64,000 nucleotides of DNA from the human T2T-CHM13v2.0 reference genome, Homo sapiens, in NCBI RefSeq assembly GCF_009914755.1, contig NC_060933.1, one strand, 5' to 3'. Both the position numbers and the translations under genes were made by a program. Below, in pieces: positions 27,306-41,628 of the stretch (position 1 is its first letter; each line of letters begins with the position of its first letter). The notes under the pieces are model-generated. The model saw only the letters and a program-made list of their open reading frames with translations, ran no database searches and was not told the DNA's origin.

Positions 27306-27719
27306 TCTTTTGTCTGAAAACCTAAATGCCAAAAGCAGGCCTGGGTTATTCTGGGAATATTGGCCAAAGAAGGTTGGACCTGCCTCTAAGAGACTATTTA
27401 CAACCCCGAATGCAAAACCCAATCCCCAGTGTCCCCTGCCAGTGCATGGACTACATCAGGGTCTCACTCATCTGCAAGTAGCACCACCATTTTCTGAAGA
27501 GAAAGAACTCCCATTCCCAAAAGGAACAGAAAAAAAAAATCACATCTATACTCTTTCTGCTTCCTGTGACTTTCTTTCTTCTTTGTTCTTTTCCTTACTT
27601 GAAAGCAGTAGGGCAGAATTCGTTTCGGGGAATCCTTGTAACATTTCTTCCCTAGTAAAAAATAGGGAAAAATAAAATATGGTCATAAAAAAACAAAGTC
27701 AAAGGAAAGGAGAGAAGGG

Positions 27720-27910
27720 AATTAATAATATTTGTTTAACACTTAGTATATGTGCAGTATTGTAATAGCTGTTTTCAGTCGTTATCTTATCAGTACCCAC
27801 AATCTTCTGAGGTAGGTATGACCCTACTTTACAGATGAGACGAATGACAATCAGAGAGGTTCAGAAATTTGTCCAAGATCCACAGCAGAGGTGGAAAACT
27901 CTAATATGAT
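27720..27910. mobile_element. MIR
   Basis: ctactttacagatgagacgaatgacaatcagagaggttcagaaatttgtccaagatc. Confidence 0.7.
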
Positions 27911-30900
27911 CACTCTTCTTTTTTATCTCTTTAACATGGCCAGCCATCTGCTCTCTCCAATGCCAAGTCCATCTGCTGTCAGAAGGCCTCAGCTCCCCTA
28001 CCACAAGTTCACCCAGGTTGATCCAGGCACCTAGTTTGCAGAAGCTTTCATGTCTGTTTGACAAAACACAGGAAAGAAAGGCACTCCAGGCACAGTGTGA
28101 GCTACAGAGCTTTCTGGAACAAAGGGTTTTAAACTCACCTTTTTTGAATGATCTCAATTCTGAGAGAAACAAATAAAAACAAGAATTTTTCAGCTGTGGT
28201 CTGTTGGAATAGCTGGGCACTTTTCTCGGTATGTGACATCATTTTCCTTCCAGACTTCCATGATAAAAATAGCCTGGCAGACCCTTTGAACCATTGTCTT
28301 CCTGAAACACAATGTGGATTGTGTGTGTGTTTACCACTTTGAAGAAACACTTTGTGACATAAGCCATGCTGACAAGCTGTTCCAGGGGCCTGACTGACAC
28401 ACAGCAGGATCTGTACACTTGTTAGGCTTACACTGAGAAGACACACACACACAACACACACACACGCTGCTCTTATGTGGTCCAGCCATCTCACACTCAG
28501 CACGAGGCCCCCATTCTCTCTCTCCTAGGCAGGTAGATCAGGAAGATGCCTATCAGAATTGTAAGAAACTGCCATCTTAAATTTTCTAACTGCTTTCCTA
28601 TCTGGGTGGACTTAGTACATCCCGTCTGTGGACTCTGTCACTCAGGTGACCTCTCTGGGCTCTGGAAAGGTGAGGTGAGTAGGCCTCCTCTGTCCTGGGG
28701 CCTTGACAAGGGCTCCCCCTTATAATAGCACTTTAGATGGAGAGCTGGTTGCTGGAGAGGAAGTGAGGACACTTGCTGTGCAGCGTATTTTGGGAGCGCA
28801 GGGAAAGGAAACAGACCTATGTCTGCGAGACTCACAGTATTAGAGCCTCTCGGTTAGACTGAAACATTCTGGCCAAGACCAGCTGCTCCACCCCTCCCCC
28901 AAAATCTTCAGCTCAACAGTCACCAGGGCATGAAGCCACTTGACTAAGTCTCATAGTCACCTGTCAGCGGCCCCCAGCAAGGGCTCCACACCCAAGCCCT
29001 TCCCATATCTGGATGTCCATGGCTACCCCGTATCCACAGGAGAGATGGCAGGACAAAAAGGGAGGAGTCATGACTGGCCCTCCCACCAGAGCAGCAGCAG
29101 AGTGGCCTAAAGGTCTCCAACAAAAGTGAATCTAAGTGTTCAAGGTGTATACCCTGTGGGTGGCAGTCACTCCTGCACTCCCCATCAGAATCCTTGGTCA
29201 GACCCAATGTACCAGCTAGTTCAACTTTCTCTAAGCGTCATCAGGCCCATGACCAGCAGGAAGTGGTGACCAGCAGATGAACCTACCCTTAGTCTAGTGC
29301 AAGGGCAAGTGGACACCCCAGCCAGGGGAGTGTAGCCCCACCACCACCCCTATCTTCATGCGCAGGCAGGCCCCAGGGCCATCAATGAAGAGGCAGCATG
29401 GCTGCAGACCACCACCAGCCTGCGGTCTCCTCCTGTGCCACCTCCAGCCCCCACTTCTCCCAACGATCCCTGGAGAGGAAGAGGAGCCCCAGGTTTGAAG
29501 TGACTTTAAGGAGTATCTGTCTGCTGCAATCTCTGCAATCTCTGCCTGCAGTCTTGCATAGATGGGGAACTCACTCTTCCTCGGTCAGCTTATTCCACCT
29601 CCAGCCATTTCCTTACTTCAACCTCATACTTCACCCAGGACCTCCAGGGCCATGTGGAGCCAGTGCAATCCTTTGAACACCTGGACCTACCAATCACGCT
29701 GCTCTCAACTCTACACGGATATGAGCATGAAACAGTTTTCTTTTTCTCCAGTGATTTTCCTCAGTCCTACCTCGTCAGCTCTCCCATTTCCTTCCCTTCA
29801 TGACATTTTGCAGATTTAAGCTCAAATTCTGTTTAAGCCTCATCTTCTTCCTTCCTCTAATACTTGCTTCAGAGAGGCCCTGAATGTGTACGGGGAAAGG
29901 GTCATGGTCTATTTCTGAGTCCTTCTTCTTCAGGGCAGCACTCTTCAGTATATGTCAGGGTGAGGGGCTAAGAGAGGAAAACCAACCACTGTTTCTTTAG
30001 TCACTTGGGTCCCAACACAGTCCTCTCCCTGTTGGTTGCCTCTGCTTCCCAGGCTAAGAGCTGGGGACTAGATTTGGCCCAGCTGCAAACCTCCCTATTG
30101 GTTGGCACAGCTGTTGGCACCTCCTGGGACAGGTGTTTCAAGAGCTGTGTGTCTGAGTCTCAGAAGACCCTGCAGAGCCCTTTGGATGGCACAATTCTTT
30201 GCAGTCTCTCTAGTGCCCTCGGCTGGAGTCACCTGCATGCATCCCATGGCCTTGCAGGAGCACTGGCCCATCCGTTGGGCAGTAACTCAAGTGGGACACT
30301 GGAGAACCATCTCAATCCCAGCTGCCTTCCACAGGATGCCCTCCCTGGGCCCAGGGAAACCCTTGCATTCCTGCCTGCCTCACCTTTCCTTTAGGACCCA
30401 TCGGCTCAGGGCATTTTGATCATCAGTAATCCCATATCCACTAAAGGTGCAGGTGAGAACACAATCAGTAAAAACAGCCTGAAAATTCCACCTTTCTGAC
30501 ATTCAAAAGTGAAGATGGACAAAATCACGCCAACAAAATGGCACCTTGTAGTGGATTCAAAACTGTAGGAAAAGGAGAATATGTGGCAGGGAGTGCTATG
30601 AAGTGAGAACATCCACATATTGTGAATAGCTCCATGCAAATATGGGCACCAAAACTGGCTGAGCTATGTGGTCCCCCTTGGGTCGGGCAACTTCCCAGAC
30701 CACCTGGCAGTCATCAAGGACAGCACTGGGCTGCTTAACAATCTCATTTTATTATACTTTATCTCTTTTTCTCCAAAACTGAAACCAAACTATCACTCTA
30801 CACTGAATATTAGCCACATGGAAAGCCTTAAAATTCAACCCATTCTCAATAATTTGACTTTTTTAAATGGGGAAGGTATATTGTTCTCATTTTCCTATTC

Positions 30901-31199
30901 TCATACTCAATGGGGAATTGAAACAAACTTTCCATACACTTGCAAAAAAATATATAAAAAGTATCACCTGAAGCTGAAGCCAAACATCAAATATTTAACT
31001 CAAGCAATATGAAAGGTGGTCAGTTTTGCTCATGAAAGCAGTCACGTCGTAGTTTCATAAGTGACGTGTAGAACTCATTGCACGATAGCATGGCGACTGG
31101 TATTTGGTTGTTTTCTCTTCTCTTCTTTATCGTCCAGTTCCTCTCCACTGTATTTGTGTTCTTTTGAGCCCTAAAAATGCCTATAAGTTTAGCAGATTT

Positions 31200-32028
31200 A
31201 GCAAATTTAGCACCATAAATGTACTATCTCACAGTTTCTTTAAGTCAGACGTCTGGGCATAGCATGGCTCTGCTGGTTCTCTGTGTGGTCTCATAAGGCT
31301 AGAGTCAAGGTGGCAGCGCTGCACCCCTTTCCGGGGGCTCTGGGGATGAACTGACTTCCAAGTTCATTCAAGTTGTTGGCAGAATTCCCTTCCACGTAGG
31401 ACTGAAGTCCCATTTCCTTGCTGGCTGTTGGCCAGGGTCATTCTCAGCTTCTAATCGCTTTCTGTGGCTTGGGGACTCCTCTTCCATCTGCAAATCTTTC
31501 TGGCTGAGTCTTCCACATTGAAGGGTTCCTGTGAGTACATTGGGCCCACCCAGATAACCCAGGGCAATTTATTCTAAGGTCATCTGATTAGTAACCTTAA
31601 TTCTGGCTGTAAAACCCCTTCACAGCAGTACCCAGGTTAGTGTTTGATGGAATCACCCAGGACAGCAATCCTGAGGGACATCTTTAATTTTTTTCTTTTT
31701 ATTGATATATAATAGATGTATGTATTTTGGGACATATTCATATAATGTGCAAAGATCAAATCAGGGTAATTAGGGTAACCATCACCTGAAATATTTATCT
31801 TTTCTTTATGCTAAGAACATTCAAATTATTCTCTACTAGTTATTTTGAAATGTACTATATATTAGTGTTAACTATAGTCACCCTACTGATCTATCGAACA
31901 TCAGGTCTTATTTCTTCTATCTAACTGTATATTTGTGCTTATTAATCAACGCCTCTTCATCTTTTTCTATCCCCTGCCCTTCCCTGCCTCTGGTACTAGG
32001 GGACATCTCCAGAGCTCTGCCTACCACA
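31200..32028 (-). mobile_element. MLT1 (D/E-like) LTR split by an L1
   Basis: tctcacagtttc...gagtcaaggtggcagc...acattgggcccacccagataa...ctgcctaccaca. Confidence 0.8.
31684..31999 (-). mobile_element. L1MA 3' end, 5'-truncated, with TSD gggacatct
   Basis: gatcaaatcagggtaatt...aactatagtcaccctactg; TSD at 31675-31683 and 32000-32008. Confidence 0.85.
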
Positions 32029-33349
32029 AACTCCTTTCCCTCCCATTTACTAACTTATTTTTTAGTTTAATTTTCTTCTTTGCATAGATAAAGACCCAAG
32101 CAATTTTAGCACGGATATCCACTCTTCTGTTCTGATTTGAGGGGTATCTACATGGTAGCATCTCTGCCATTCAAAAAGCACTGAATTTGCAATCCAACGG
32201 CATGGACTTGAGCCTTGGTTCAGGCAAATACATGAATGACCTGCATGCACATCTCTTATATCTGACAGAGGCTCAGTTTCCTCAGTTGCGAAATAGGGAT
32301 GATACTACATCTCTTAGAGAAGTGTATAGCAATTGAACAAAGTGATATATTTGGAAGTTCTTTGGAACTCTAAACTGCTTTGCACATGTGTGCACATTCA
32401 GACATGCACACAAAAACTAGGTTCAGCGTAAACATCACTCCTCCTGTGAAGTCTTCTCCAACTCCTCAAGGCAGGGCTGGATGTCCCCTCTCAGCTCTGA
32501 GCCTCCGGAGCCCAGAGATGCATGCCTCTAAGACAGCACTTGTCTAATTCTACCATAATTATTTATTTCTCCCATTAGACTCATTTCCCCTCCAGGGCAG
32601 GGGTCATGTCTTATTCACTGCCATCTCTGCAGCACTGAGCGCAGTTTCTGATGTGGAATTGGCACACAGTACATGCTGCTGAAAAAGACAGCAGCCCCTC
32701 CCCTCGGTGTCCCAATGCCAGCCTCTGACAGGGTGCTGGGCCCCTACCAAATATCAAAGGCCAAGGACGTGGGCTTTGAAGCAGCCCAAAAGAAACCAGT
32801 ATCTTCTCTGGGAGGTGAAGAAAACTAATGATTAGTATTCCTAGGTCTCCCTTTGCTGATCAGCAACACACATCCCCCCTACATCTCTTTTTTTAATTTA
32901 TTTTTAACCTTCCTACTACCTGCTACACAACGTGTCCCACCTCAGTTGAAAGTTGTGCTTTCAAGTCCCCAAAATTGAGCATAAAGATTGATTTCTCTTT
33001 ATTTCTTCTGCCTCCATACACAAATCATCAAGTCTTGTTTCCAGCTCCGAAAGATTACTCAAATCCCAAACTTAGGAAACTCCAATCCTTTATCAAGACT
33101 GCATAACCTTTTCCTCAGAGATTGATGTGGTTTTTATTATACTGGTCAGCAAACAAATTTGCTCTCTGTTTGAAAAGAAGACACTATTCTTACATTCCCA
33201 AAGCTGTTTGCTTGAGAAAATAGTCCAGAACAGAAGCTGCAAGTGCCTCTGCTTACATGATATGCAGGAGCAGAAAAGACACATGGAAGATGTCTCCCAA
33301 TGCTACTTTGAACAGTGTGAAAATTAAGGAAAAAGTAAATCAATTTAAG

Positions 33350-33860
33350 TATTAGGGTGCATTAGGCTGCAAGTAACAGAAATCCCCACTAACAGTAGCC
33401 TAAACAATAAAGTACAGAATAGGAAGTCCAGAGCTGGTTTGGTAACAATACAATGGCAACAAGGACTCAGGCTATTTCTGTTCCACCATTCTCAACTTGC
33501 TTCCTGTTGGTTCTCGTTCTCAAGATGGATGCTGCAACTCCAGGCATCACAGCCACTTTCAAAGGAAGGAAGCAATAGCATTGCCAGGTGCTGAAAAGGT
33601 GCCCTTTTAGTGAGTCTTTTTCTTTTTATCAGGAAGAAATATTTCCCAGAAGCTCTGTGGAAACCTTCCCTGTATGGCCCATTGGCCAGAACTTGGTCCC
33701 TTGGTTACTTCTATCTGTAAGGAAGGCTGGGGAAGTATTTGGTAAAAGGGAATAGGAGGCAGTGATTGGTTTGGATCAATTATGATCTCTCCTAAGATTT
33801 ATTGCCACCCTGAATAAAACCAGAATTCTGTAAGAAGAGCAGAGAATGTTTGCTGCTCCA
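33350..33860 (-). mobile_element. Old MLT1 (K/L-like) LTR
   Basis: ggctgcaagtaacagaaa...caagatggatgctgcaactccaggcatcaca...cattggccagaact...aaggaaggctgggga. Confidence 0.7.
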
Positions 33861-33958
33861 CCACCTAAGTGTTATGCTGTGCAAGGATAGTGTCTCACAC
33901 TAATCAGTGAAACTCAAACTTCTTTCAAAGAGAAAGGCAAAGTCTCGTAAAGAACTTC

Positions 33959-34032
33959 CAATATCAAATACACAGAAGCAGGGCTTCTCCACCTCAATAT
34001 CAAATACACAGAAGCAGGGCTTCTCCACCTCA
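33959..34032. repeat. Perfect 36-bp tandem duplication
   Basis: caatatcaaatacacagaagcagggcttctccacct at 33959-33994 and 33995-34030. Confidence 0.95.
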
Positions 34033-34091
34033 GCCAGGAGCGAACATTTGAGTCTCTATCCACTTAGCCTCCACTCAACAAACCTCATCAG

Positions 34092-34495
34092 CACACACAC
34101 ACACACATACACACATATACACACACACTCATACACACACTCACACACATGTACACACTCATACACACATGCACACATAAATACACTCACACATGCACAT
34201 ACTCATACACATACAATCTCACACACACTACACGTCCACACACTCATACACATAGACATACTCATACACATACACACACACGCAGTCATACACACATACA
34301 CATTCACACATGTACAGACATACATACATTCACACATATGTGCACACACATGCATATACACACCACACACACAAACACATATACACTGTCACACATACGA
34401 ATATTCACACATACACTCACACATGCACACATACACACATATGTGCACACACATATACACACACAGATACAGACACACACAAACTCATGTACACA
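34092..34495. repeat. CA/TA-rich low-complexity tract
   Basis: ~400 bp of degenerate (CA)n. Confidence 0.95.
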
Positions 34496-36329
34496 ACAGG
34501 AGATAAGCTAAAATCTTTGGGATCAGAAAAAAAAGACCATTTGTTTAAATAACTGGTGAATAAGGAAATTCTTTTAATAGGCAATTTTTCTCAAGGAATG
34601 TGGCCAAATAGCAGGAATACACATGGCCCTAGAGATGCAGTGAGGCGGTCTGGAGCAAGAAATTCGTCCTAGCGGGGGCAAGTTGTGCTTGTCTTTAGGT
34701 GTTTTAGACTCAGGTTGTAGACAGCCCAGCTGAAGTCCCTGCCTTCCTCCTCGCCCCCCTACTCACAGGACCAGATCTTTCTACGACCCCACTCAGGATT
34801 CAGCCAACATCCATGGATGGAAGCTGAAGATTCTGAGGATATGAGAGAATATTGGGGGTCTGGAGTTCTGCACTCTGGCTAAGGGATGGCCTGGGACCAG
34901 CACAGGAGAGTGGGGGCGCTGGGCAGGACAGACACAGAAAATGAGGCCACTTCCCTGTGGACTGCCGTAAGAAGGCCACACAGGAAAGTCTTGTCCCTTG
35001 CGCAGGCTCAGGAAGTGGGTGAGGCAAGCCACGGGCTCAGTTCCTATTTTTCTCATCTCCCTTTGAATCCAGATCTACAGGCCATGAGCACACTTTTCTG
35101 AACCCCTCGGTGAAGAAGCTCTCACATGTCAGCAGAACCCAGGTGCGCTCCCATTGATGCACGATGAACCAGGATGAGGCCCAGCAGGTGCTGACCCAAC
35201 TTGAGGCGGCCAGAGGCCAAGTCCCCCAACTGTCCTCTTGGAGGGACAAAAAGGAGGCACCCTGCCTCACAGATGTCCCAAATGTGAGCAGGATGTGGAC
35301 ACTGGCCTGAAAAGAAAATGGTAGATTGTTAAGATACAAACCATGGGAGCCCCTAGAACCTGACCTATCCTGCCTGTCTCCTTCTCCTCTCTCTCTTTCC
35401 CTCCTCAAACAGACTGTAAGGCCTCATTGGTCCCATCTAATCAATCCATGTATGTTGATCCAACATTTCCTTTCCCGTCCCGCTAGGAGGCTTCTAGAAC
35501 TTTGGTTTGGTTAAGAGAGAGAGTGAGCAAAGTTTAATGTGAGATTAATAATAGTAACAATTATTATAATTATAAGCCAAAGTCCTGCTTAGCACACTTT
35601 ACATACTTCATACTTCAATGAACCCTCACTTCTACATAAAGAGATGGGTGCTCCAGTTTTCTGCCAGGGCAGGAATCAGTCAGCTGCTGCCTGGACAAAG
35701 CTTTGTAACAAACCACACCAAAACTCCTTGGCTCTCAGCGAACACTTATGCTCATGTTCACAGGTCTGCAGGTCGACTCTGGTCCAACAGATCTAGCCTG
35801 GCCTCAGCTAGAGCTGAATGTCTCTGCCAGACTGACTCTCCTTGGGGAGGAACTACTCAGCAAATTCATTAATTGGGAATTGGTTTGCAGTTCTGTTGAG
35901 AAAGAAAATTAATTGTCAATGTATAGAAGATCTAACTACCTTCCAAAAACTGTGATTCTGTGACAATATTGATCCAGCCTAGAATCCTTAGTTGAAATTT
36001 CAAGATTATCATTTGCACACGTTTGTTAAATTCAAGCATGTTATGTCTTAGAAGCAGTGGTAACCTTAGTTTGCCAAATGATTATAGCTGTCTGCCTTCC
36101 TCTGGGCTTTGGGAACAGGCTGCCACGGGCTCTGGCCCTGCAAGAGAATGGTCCTGTTTCCGCGAGCTCCTGGTGGGTGTGTTGCCCAAGGACAGCTATC
36201 AGACAGAGGGAGATGGGGGTCACATATGAACTCGTCCCCAAGGAGGGGAGTTGAGGGGCAAACCCAAGAAACCCAGCTGGTTGTTGAATCAGAAGTAAAA
36301 TCAGAGGTTTCTACCATGCCAATCCATTC

Positions 36330-36800
36330 CCTGTCTTTCTACAACATAAATGTAATCCTGTTACTTAACTTGCTTAAGACCCATCCACAGCCCCCCACTG
36401 ACCTAGGGACACAACACCATAGCGTGGCTTCCAAGTCCTTTCATGAAGGGACCCCATTTACCTCTCCTCGCCTACCAGCCTCCACCCTCTGCTCAACTTT
36501 TTCTCTTTGCCTGGAATCCCTGCCTTCTTATACTCTCTCTCTGCCCCCATCTCCCCGCCTGCCACCCTTTCCCTATATGTTATAATCCCCACCTTCTTTA
36601 AGATCCAGTCCAGCCTCCCAGCATCACAACACCTTTCCCACAGGTCTATTTCGGGACTCGTCATTCCTTTGTCCCCACCTTGGCACTCTGTCCCTCCTGG
36701 CACATCATGTTCTGTCTTGCATCATTGTTTATAGAAACCAGGCCTATCTCCCCCATGGGACTCTGAATTCCTTGAGGATAAGGGCCACATCTTACTCACT
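36330..36800. mobile_element. L2 fragment
   Basis: tctttgcctggaatccctgcc...ttctttaagatccagtcc...gactctgaattccttgaggataagggccacatctt. Confidence 0.65.
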
Positions 36801-37584
36801 CTTGCATTCCTTTCCCCTTCTCTGCTGGCTTGCACCCAGGCTAAGGGCAGCTGGTGTTTCTACTCCAAGAACTAAACAATCAAATCATTTAGGCAACAGG
36901 AAAGAAAAACTTTCTATTTTTTTTTTGATAGACTTACAAACAATAGAAAGTGCAACTTCTAAACAAAGGACAGGAACATTGAACATAAAATTTTGAGGGC
37001 AAAATGTCAATCCTGAGGTACTATGCTACAATTCTGCAAAATAATCAAAATCTTAACCAGTATTTGAGCAATGACCTGACATTTTGTGCCTTTCAAAATA
37101 CAAAATGTACCAAGATAACCACAGACCAGCTATCAGACAACTCGTGTCACTGCAAAGTCCATTACCAAATCCCATTTGCTCCAATTTCTCATTTCGCATG
37201 AGCTATCATCTTGCCGCTCTCCTGTGCCACCACTTAAAAGCCTCATTATTAGGCATGGGAAGTACACATTTGGATGGGCAGAGTGTTTGCAATTATATTT
37301 TAAGGTGCTTCCCAAAGCTATAAAGTCAGAGCTCTAAATGGCATGATGGACAACGTAATTGTCAACAGACTACGAAACGAGTCTGAAATTAGAGTCAGCA
37401 CTGCTCAGCCTAGAAGGATGTGCCCGCAGAGCAGACACATCCAAAAGGTCTGATGGAGGGTTCGAGGAGCAGGGTCAGAAAGCTGAGTGGCCTCGAGCAA
37501 GTCACGTAACCTCCTTGGACTGAATTTCTTCATCTAACAAAGACAGTGGGACTTGATGACCTCCGAGGGTCCTTTCAGCACTGA

Positions 37585-38220
<636 letters not shown>

Positions 38221-40497
38221 AGCACAACTCCCTTTTTTTGTTTTGTGTTGTTTTGTAAGGCACTGAAGTGTTCATTATGCAAAAGTCTCACATATTGCAC
38301 TCGTGTTACAACATTGTTGCAACTTTTCCTTTTCAAAAGGCTGCTCCCATAGGTTCCACTTACACAACAACCTGACTTTCCAAGGCCACACCAGGCCCTG
38401 TGCCCCTCTTGGTGATCTCCCTGATGAAGGGACACACTCATTTTCTCAAGCATATTACGACCCAGTTTCACCAGTGAAGATCACCAAGTGAGGACATGGG
38501 ACTGATAAAGACTCAAAGGCTGAATGAGTCAGGTCCAAGGGTCTGGTGAGGTTGCCCTTCTGGTGGCTCATTGACTAAAATGTCTATGCTTTCAATGAAG
38601 TTTTAGGGACACTGTTGATCGAAAATGAAGGAGTAATTCCTAGGTAATATTCATCAAGATACGGTAGAACATCTCTTGCTTTCCTTCCTCTCCTTGTTAT
38701 AAGCACACATTGTGGGAATAGAACAGATTAAACTCCTGAGTTGTACCATTTTCCTGCAGCCAATAGGTTGCTGCTATTCACTGGGGTCTCAATAACCTCA
38801 CAGGCTGGGGCCGTAATATTTGGTGATTTAATTAAATGGACATTGAACACTCTACCCAATGCAAAATAATCCCACACTAGAAAGCAGGCCTGTGAAAAAG
38901 CATGCTCTGTCCCTTTGAACAGTTAGATAAATTGACAGAATCCACATTTAATAAGATTCTAAGATTCCTCCTGCTGGGACAATAAAATAAACCTACCATG
39001 GATGCTGGAGAACATATGGGTAGTGCTGATAAGCGGGGAGGTTAGAGACTAGAACAAGCATTTGAAAGACCTACGATGAATTTCCACCTTTAGGTGTCAC
39101 ACCTGTCCCTTACAAATTCCCAGGCAGGTAGTTTTGATGTGGAATGGGGGCTATTTAAATATTAAAGAACTAAAGGTAAAATCTTGGTCTATTATGTCTG
39201 GTTTCTACCCATTTGTCTTCCTATGGAGACCTCTAAGATGACACAATTTTAGACAAAATGTACGTTAGCTACATTTTGGTACCTTACAAAATTAGGTAAG
39301 TACATTAAACAATATTCTTTTCCCTCACAATCATAGAAAGAGAAACCAGAAAGACAGATGAAGAAAGGCTTGTACTAAACCATTACCTATTTTGTTAAAC
39401 ATAAAATAAAAAAGACCCAAGGGTCTCTTTTCCTTGAAAACAAAAAAATGGTTAGAAATACAAACTGGATGTACCACATTCTTTTCAACCACCCATAAGA
39501 TAGTGATTTGGAAAATATGAGAATCTCCCCATGAGCTAAAAAAGAAAATGTTTCCATTGAGATTGTTTTCATAAGACACTCAGGAGAGTGCTTAATCCAC
39601 AGTAGATATTTTGTCAGTTTTAGCTCTCTCCAGTCTCCTTAGGAACACTATGGCTTGTAGTGCTGAAACAGTTGCCATATTTTTCCAGTATCATCAAACT
39701 ATTGATACAAGGCTGACTAGCCTGGCTTGCTTGCAAAGCCTGGCCCAGGCCACGGGCTAGCTGACTGTGGGAGGAAGCACTAGGTCGTCGGCAGCCCCGG
39801 CAATGCTCAGGTCTGAGTTCCCACTCTGTTCTCCACTCGCAGGTCGAGGTGAGACACATGCCTCTCCGACCCCCAGTTCCCTTGCAGGTAAAGTGGAAGC
39901 GCTAATGCTCTCTGTTTAATAGTGTTTTCGTGATGCTGAAATGAGGTACCTTTTAGGAAAGCACTTCCTAAACTTGAAAGGGATATGCAAATGCTCTTTA
40001 TGAATCCTGTGTAATGAAAAGGCAGGGGGTTGCAGTTCCACTCAGCAAGTGGATGGAAACAGCTTTGAAATGGGTAGATGACTAATGCTAAGACTTCATC
40101 CCATTATAGTTGTTCATGCTAGAAATTTCCAGCTTTTACTCTCCATCATTGCATACTTGGTCTAAGTGATATGACCCAGCAAAGGGATCTCTGCTCTTCC
40201 TCAGCTTGCTCTCCGGGTCCATCTTGTTATCATGATGCACCATTAAAGAGGCACTCAATTTCAATATGAATATACAACAATATTTGTGTCCTTCATTACT
40301 ACTAGAGAGAACTTTGAAGATGCTGAAAAGCCAGCTCCTAGGACAATATTATCTCTGAAGAAAACAATGACAAGTCTCACCACTGGAGGAAATATTCCCC
40401 GAGTTTAGAGCAGCAGTGATAAAAATGTGGCTCATTTCTGGCTCAGCATTTTTTTTCTGGTAGACACAACATAAAAATTAGTCGGTCGGACATGTTT

Positions 40498-41091
40498 GAG
40501 TGGACATCTGCTGTTTTTGCCTGCCCAGGGTCCTTTTGGGTAAAAGAATGCATCTCTTCCTTTTAGCTTCTCTTAGGACATTAGCTGTGGGTGGAGCCAC
40601 TCCTTCTAGAACGGAGACTACAAGTTGCTGGCTTTTCAGATAGGTGTCAGACACCTGTAGAACAGACATACCTTCACTAGTAACAAAACATTCAAGTAGC
40701 TTAAACAATGATGGTGGCTTATAGGTCCATTTAACTGACACAATGTGGGGTTTCATGTACCATTTAATACGGGGCTGAAATGATAAAGGACCCAGTTTCT
40801 CTCAGTGCCTTGGCTCCATTCTTTCAGGGTTGGCCTGCCTCAGGAATGTCGCCTTTCACACTTGCCTGGTGGCTGTCAGTGGCTGTATCCTTCCTTACCG
40901 AAGGAAGGGGCTTGCTCCAGCACTGTCTTGATGCTCACTCCGCATGGACTGGCCAACACGCTGGAGTGGACATTTGCTGCTTTTGCCTGTCCAGGGTCCC
41001 TTATGAACTCATCTCTTCCTTTTAATGTCTCTGAGGACATTAGCTTTGGGTGGAACCATGCCTCTGGAATGGACACTACAGGTTTCTGGCT
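40498..41091. repeat. Diverged ~130-bp direct repeat pair (40498-40633 and 40964-41091)
   Basis: Both copies share gagtggacat.tgctg.ttttgcctg.ccagggtcc...catctcttcctttt...ggacattagct.tgggtgga.cca...actaca.gtt.ctggct. Confidence 0.85.
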
Positions 41092-41124
41092 GCAGTAGGA
41101 TGGCTTGCTGTAGGAGGATTGTAG

Positions 41125-41628
<504 letters not shown>

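Noticed and set aside
33907-34552. 199-aa and overlapping His/Thr-rich ORFs
   Set aside because: Translation artefacts of a CA-rich low-complexity tract and the 36-bp duplication.
38551-38570. CTCF-like GCCACCAGAAGGGCAAC on the minus strand
   Set aside because: One extra base in the core breaks the motif spacing.
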